A DNA stretch of 64,000 nucleotides from Botryllus schlosseri (lineage: Eukaryota): the NCBI GenBank assembly GCA_051294905.1, contig CM119376.1:28148001-28212000 (forward strand), in the 5' to 3' direction. A program made the translations under genes and the position numbers. A model generated the notes under the pieces. That model was not told where the DNA came from. It was given only the letters and a program-made list of their open reading frames with translations, and ran no database searches. Below, piece by piece: positions 60,691 to 64,000 of the stretch. The stretch's first letter is position 1. Each line of letters begins with the position of its first letter.

Positions 60691-61629
60691 TATAAAAGTG
60701 TTATACAGTTAATTAATGCATAGTAGATTGGTCCGACAGTTTGGTGAGGAGTTGAATTTTTATGGCGATAGAGAGCACGACACCACGCGAGATTTTAGTT
60801 TTTGTATTGTTGATATGATCTGATCAGCGGTTTCACTATAACCCAAAAACCTCCAAACTTATACATGCGGATTAGAACTGGTTACGCATTACTAATGCAT
60901 AGAAGATAAACATTTTCCACAGCGCAAACATGTCATAGCGTTATGTGATGACAAAGTTAGCACAAAATTTCATTAAGGGAACTAAGAGAACAGAGGTTTA
61001 TTGCAAGGCTTCTCGCACAGTGGGTCGCCTCTAGGCCTGGGCAAAATCGAGTACCTGAGTGATTCGATTCTGAATCAAGTATTATACTTCGAGTCGAGTC
61101 GAGTATTCGAGTATCTCTCATTATCACGACATACCAGAATCTAATAAGTAAAAGTTCAAATAGGTGCCTTTTATGACACCACAAAAATATAATGCCTGTT
61201 ATTCATCATAATGAAAATACTATGTATTTTTCGACCATACTGATGTCATAATTTTCAAATTTTCTTCCACTTCCAATATGATTTCGGAACATGTAATAGA
61301 CGGACCTACGGGGCTCGTTCACTTTCGGACCAAAGTCATTGCAGCCTAACGAAGAAAATAGCTTTTTGGTCCAAATGTGCATTAGCCCCATATACGAATA
61401 AAGATGCTCTCTCTCTCTCTCTCGTCCGGTTTCGTCAAATTACGATTTGAGATTTACGCTGTGTGATTCGCAAAATACCTATTTTGAAATGTTAGTGACC
61501 AAAATAGCTGTCATAAAAATACATAGATGCCCCAAGTATGTGACTGGCGGTACTCAACTTGAATAGTGCGAACAGCACTACAACAAATTGATCAGCATTC
61601 CAAGGAATATTCGTTCTTCGAGATTTTCT

Positions 61630-61704
61630 GTGTCTTGGGCAAACCAGTTGGTTGCAAGTGTCACAGGCAAAACGGGTATGTTTTGCGCATCTGTAGCATC
61701 TTCG
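61630..61704 (-). mobile_element. piggyBac-type transposase C-terminal cysteine-rich domain remnant
   Basis: RRCYRCAKHTRFACDTCNQLVCPRH = C-x2-C-x7-C-x2-C-x4-C-x2-H. Confidence 0.5.
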
Positions 61705-61951
61705 TGGTTTGATATCGAACATATCAGGTATGAACCCCTATTTTCGGCTACTGGAATTTTTCAAAATGCCCTATATTTATGTCCGAGGTAACCTATGGTT
61801 AAAATTGTCTTAAGGAATTCTATCATGGTCATAAACTCTACAATGTTGGTCGGATTGACTTGAATTTAATGCTGAGTATTCACTATTCACAGTTTACATA
61901 CCGAATATGCCAGGTATAAACCCCTACGACAGCTCTTCATACACACGTATG

Positions 61952-62948
61952 CAGGACCGTAACTGCCGCACCCTAACCCCTTAATTGGGGGGGGGGGGAG
62001 CTCGAAGGGGGGGCCAGAACTATTTCGTGAATTAACATAAATTAGAGTATTTTTTCAAATTTAAGTAGCTCTTAAAAAAATCTTCGCGATTTAATGGCGT
62101 CAAATTTCTTGATTATCGGGTATCCTTCCCCCAATAAAAAATAGTCATGAGTTATATCATTTTCCTAAACGCTTCACTTAGCTTAAATCTGATTAGATGA
62201 GCAGAGACATGATAAAAAATTTACAGCAATATATTTGCTATTCCCGATCATGTTGACCGATTCAATCATGAATCATATAATATTTTCGCGCTTCGCGCGG
62301 TTTATTCGAAAAAAGCCGGCTAACTAAACAATACAAAATTTTCGCTGAGAAGTAGCAGGAAAAAAGGTATCGGAAGAGAGGGGGCCTGGGGCGAAGCCCC
62401 CAGAAGTTGGGTTTATCACCCAGTGAGGACCCAAGACTAGGTTTGCCATATTTTGGAATCAGGAAAGGAGAACATTTTGTCAAAATTTACAAACTTAGAA
62501 TATCGGTGGAAAATCCTGAAAAATTGGAAAAATTTTCCCACTTCGTACTCGGTTGACTAAAAAAAGATCTACTTTCTTGCTCAGCGCCCAAAATACTGTT
62601 TTTACCTTCACTTTACCAGGTGGTTGACTAAAAATAGGTCAACTTTCGCTCTCAGCTCCCGAAATACCCGCCTGAGCGTTAGTTCAGTGCTATTTTATGG
62701 TGTCTTGGTAGAATTTTTCCCTGTGTTCAACCAAAATTCTAAAAAAAAGAGGACAGAATCTCAAAAATGAGGACGTTTCGGCGTCCCCGGAGGATATTTT
62801 CCAAAACCCGAACAAGGAGGACAAATCCTCTTAAAGGAGGACGTATGGTAATCCTACCCAAGACCAATGTTTTATATTTTATATTTTTTATTTTTATTTT
62901 TATTTTTTTTTGGGGGGGGGGGGCTGACGAAGTGCTGTTACGGTCCTG
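61952..62948. mobile_element. hAT MITE (CAGGACCGTAAC TIR)
   Basis: Perfect 12-bp TIR; TSD cacgtatg/cacgtagg. It contains a TAGGGTTACC-family fragment, and a related right end lies at ~1480-1529. Confidence 0.82.
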
Positions 62949-63233
62949 CACGTAGGCACATTGCACACGTTTCCGGCGCGATATACGTTGAGTATTGTTA
63001 ATTGAGTATCGCGACTTGTTCACTTGCAGACATTATTTGGATACTGATAAATCGTAGCGACATGTGCTAATCACAGAAACAATCTATAGTTGTCTATTAT
63101 ATGTAGAACTCGAGATATGGACTCCATTACTGAACTGTTGCTTGAATTGCAAAGCCGACACATGTGCAAAGACAAGTTTAAAAAGGCTTCCTTGACTCAA
63201 TTCTAGCCAAATGTGCAGTCGATGGAGCATAAG

Positions 63234-63339
63234 CAGACCGTGTTATTTTTGGCATTTCAGGAGCCAGATGCCAAAAATAAAAATTTGAAAATGCCAAAAA
63301 TAAGCAATTTTTGGCATATGCCAAAAATAACACGGCCTG
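63234..63339. mobile_element. 106-bp mini inverted-repeat element
   Basis: 22-bp TIR cag(a/g)ccgtgttatttttggcat; no TSD. Confidence 0.6.
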
Positions 63340-63525
63340 CCAAATAGTGTATTTCGTTCATGGTGTTGTGTTAACAGGACCGCGTTAAAAGCGAGAAGAG
63401 CGTTTGTGAAAGGCAGGTTTCTGAATCTGGGTTCAGCCCACCCATTAGGGGTGAAAGCATGGTGTCCTAAATGGTGTGGGCACAGCGAGATTGAACGGCT
63501 GACTGCATTTGGTTTACGTAATACT

Positions 63526-63789
63526 TTCCATTTGTCCAAAGGCAAGTTTACGACCATTTTTGACCAGCTTGTCGAGCGCTAAATTTGATAAAACGGGTAT
63601 CGATGAGAAGCTGCCGCAGTACTGATTATTAAAATATAAATTATATTCTGCTCATGGAACTGGAACCCCCAACATCAACCACGATTTTTGCATATTGATC
63701 GAGTTGAACATTGTGACGCAACAAACTGTCTGGCTATTTCTGAGCTGCATAGTCTCGTTTTGCCAGACAGTCTTGTTGCGTCAATGTTC
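63526..63789. mobile_element. Diverged, truncated copy of the 56868 foldback family
   Basis: Aligns to one arm, then the spacer in the opposite orientation, then the start of the second arm. Confidence 0.78.
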
Positions 63790-64000
63790 TTAAATAAGCT
63801 AACTTTCCCAGGACTCTTCCATGCGAGTTGGTAATATTAAAGCCACCTGAAGTGACATAAGTCCTCCCAAAATATAACGGTAGACTGAAGGAGAAATGAT
63901 AGTCGGGCTACTAAATAGAATGTGTTGAGATAGACAACACAAGAAACTCCTGGAAAAGGATCGGGAAGAAAATTCTTTCCGCGATGAGATCGATGGCACT

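Noticed and set aside
61206-61391. ORF as piggyBac catalytic core
   Set aside because: Similarity is weak and it lies on the wrong side of the Cys-rich domain.
63799-64000. Exon of a next gene at the window edge
   Set aside because: There is no recognisable motif or consistent splice-bounded frame.

Overview
AT-rich animal genomic DNA. Several 52-72 nt introns sit beside multi-kb transposon-filled introns, which suggests an invertebrate chordate such as an ascidian (inference only). The main feature is a complete + strand adhesion GPCR that I assembled by hand from GT-AG, phase-consistent exons: 20 coding exons, 17501-54239, about 1000 aa. Its architecture is signal peptide, Ig-like domain, sushi/CCP-like domain, 2 EGF domains, HRM-like domain, GAIN with GPS (HL|TNFALL), 7TM and an S/T-rich tail ending ESNM. 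The last two exons and 3' flank of a closely related tandem paralogue occupy 1-~3720, about 53.5 kb upstream of the matching exons. Between the genes is a full-length but RT-deleted I/Nimb-type LINE (10494-16066, minus strand, 14-bp TSD). The remaining space is packed with non-autonomous DNA transposons: at least 18 have exact or 7/8 8-bp TSDs (hAT-type), several are nested, two are pogo/Tc1-like, and one is a 276-bp-arm foldback. There are also BEL/Pao, CR1-like and piggyBac remnants, a tRNA-derived SINE head and a decayed 28S rRNA fragment. No CRISPR arrays or prokaryotic features were found. All alignments were done by eye and no database search was run.
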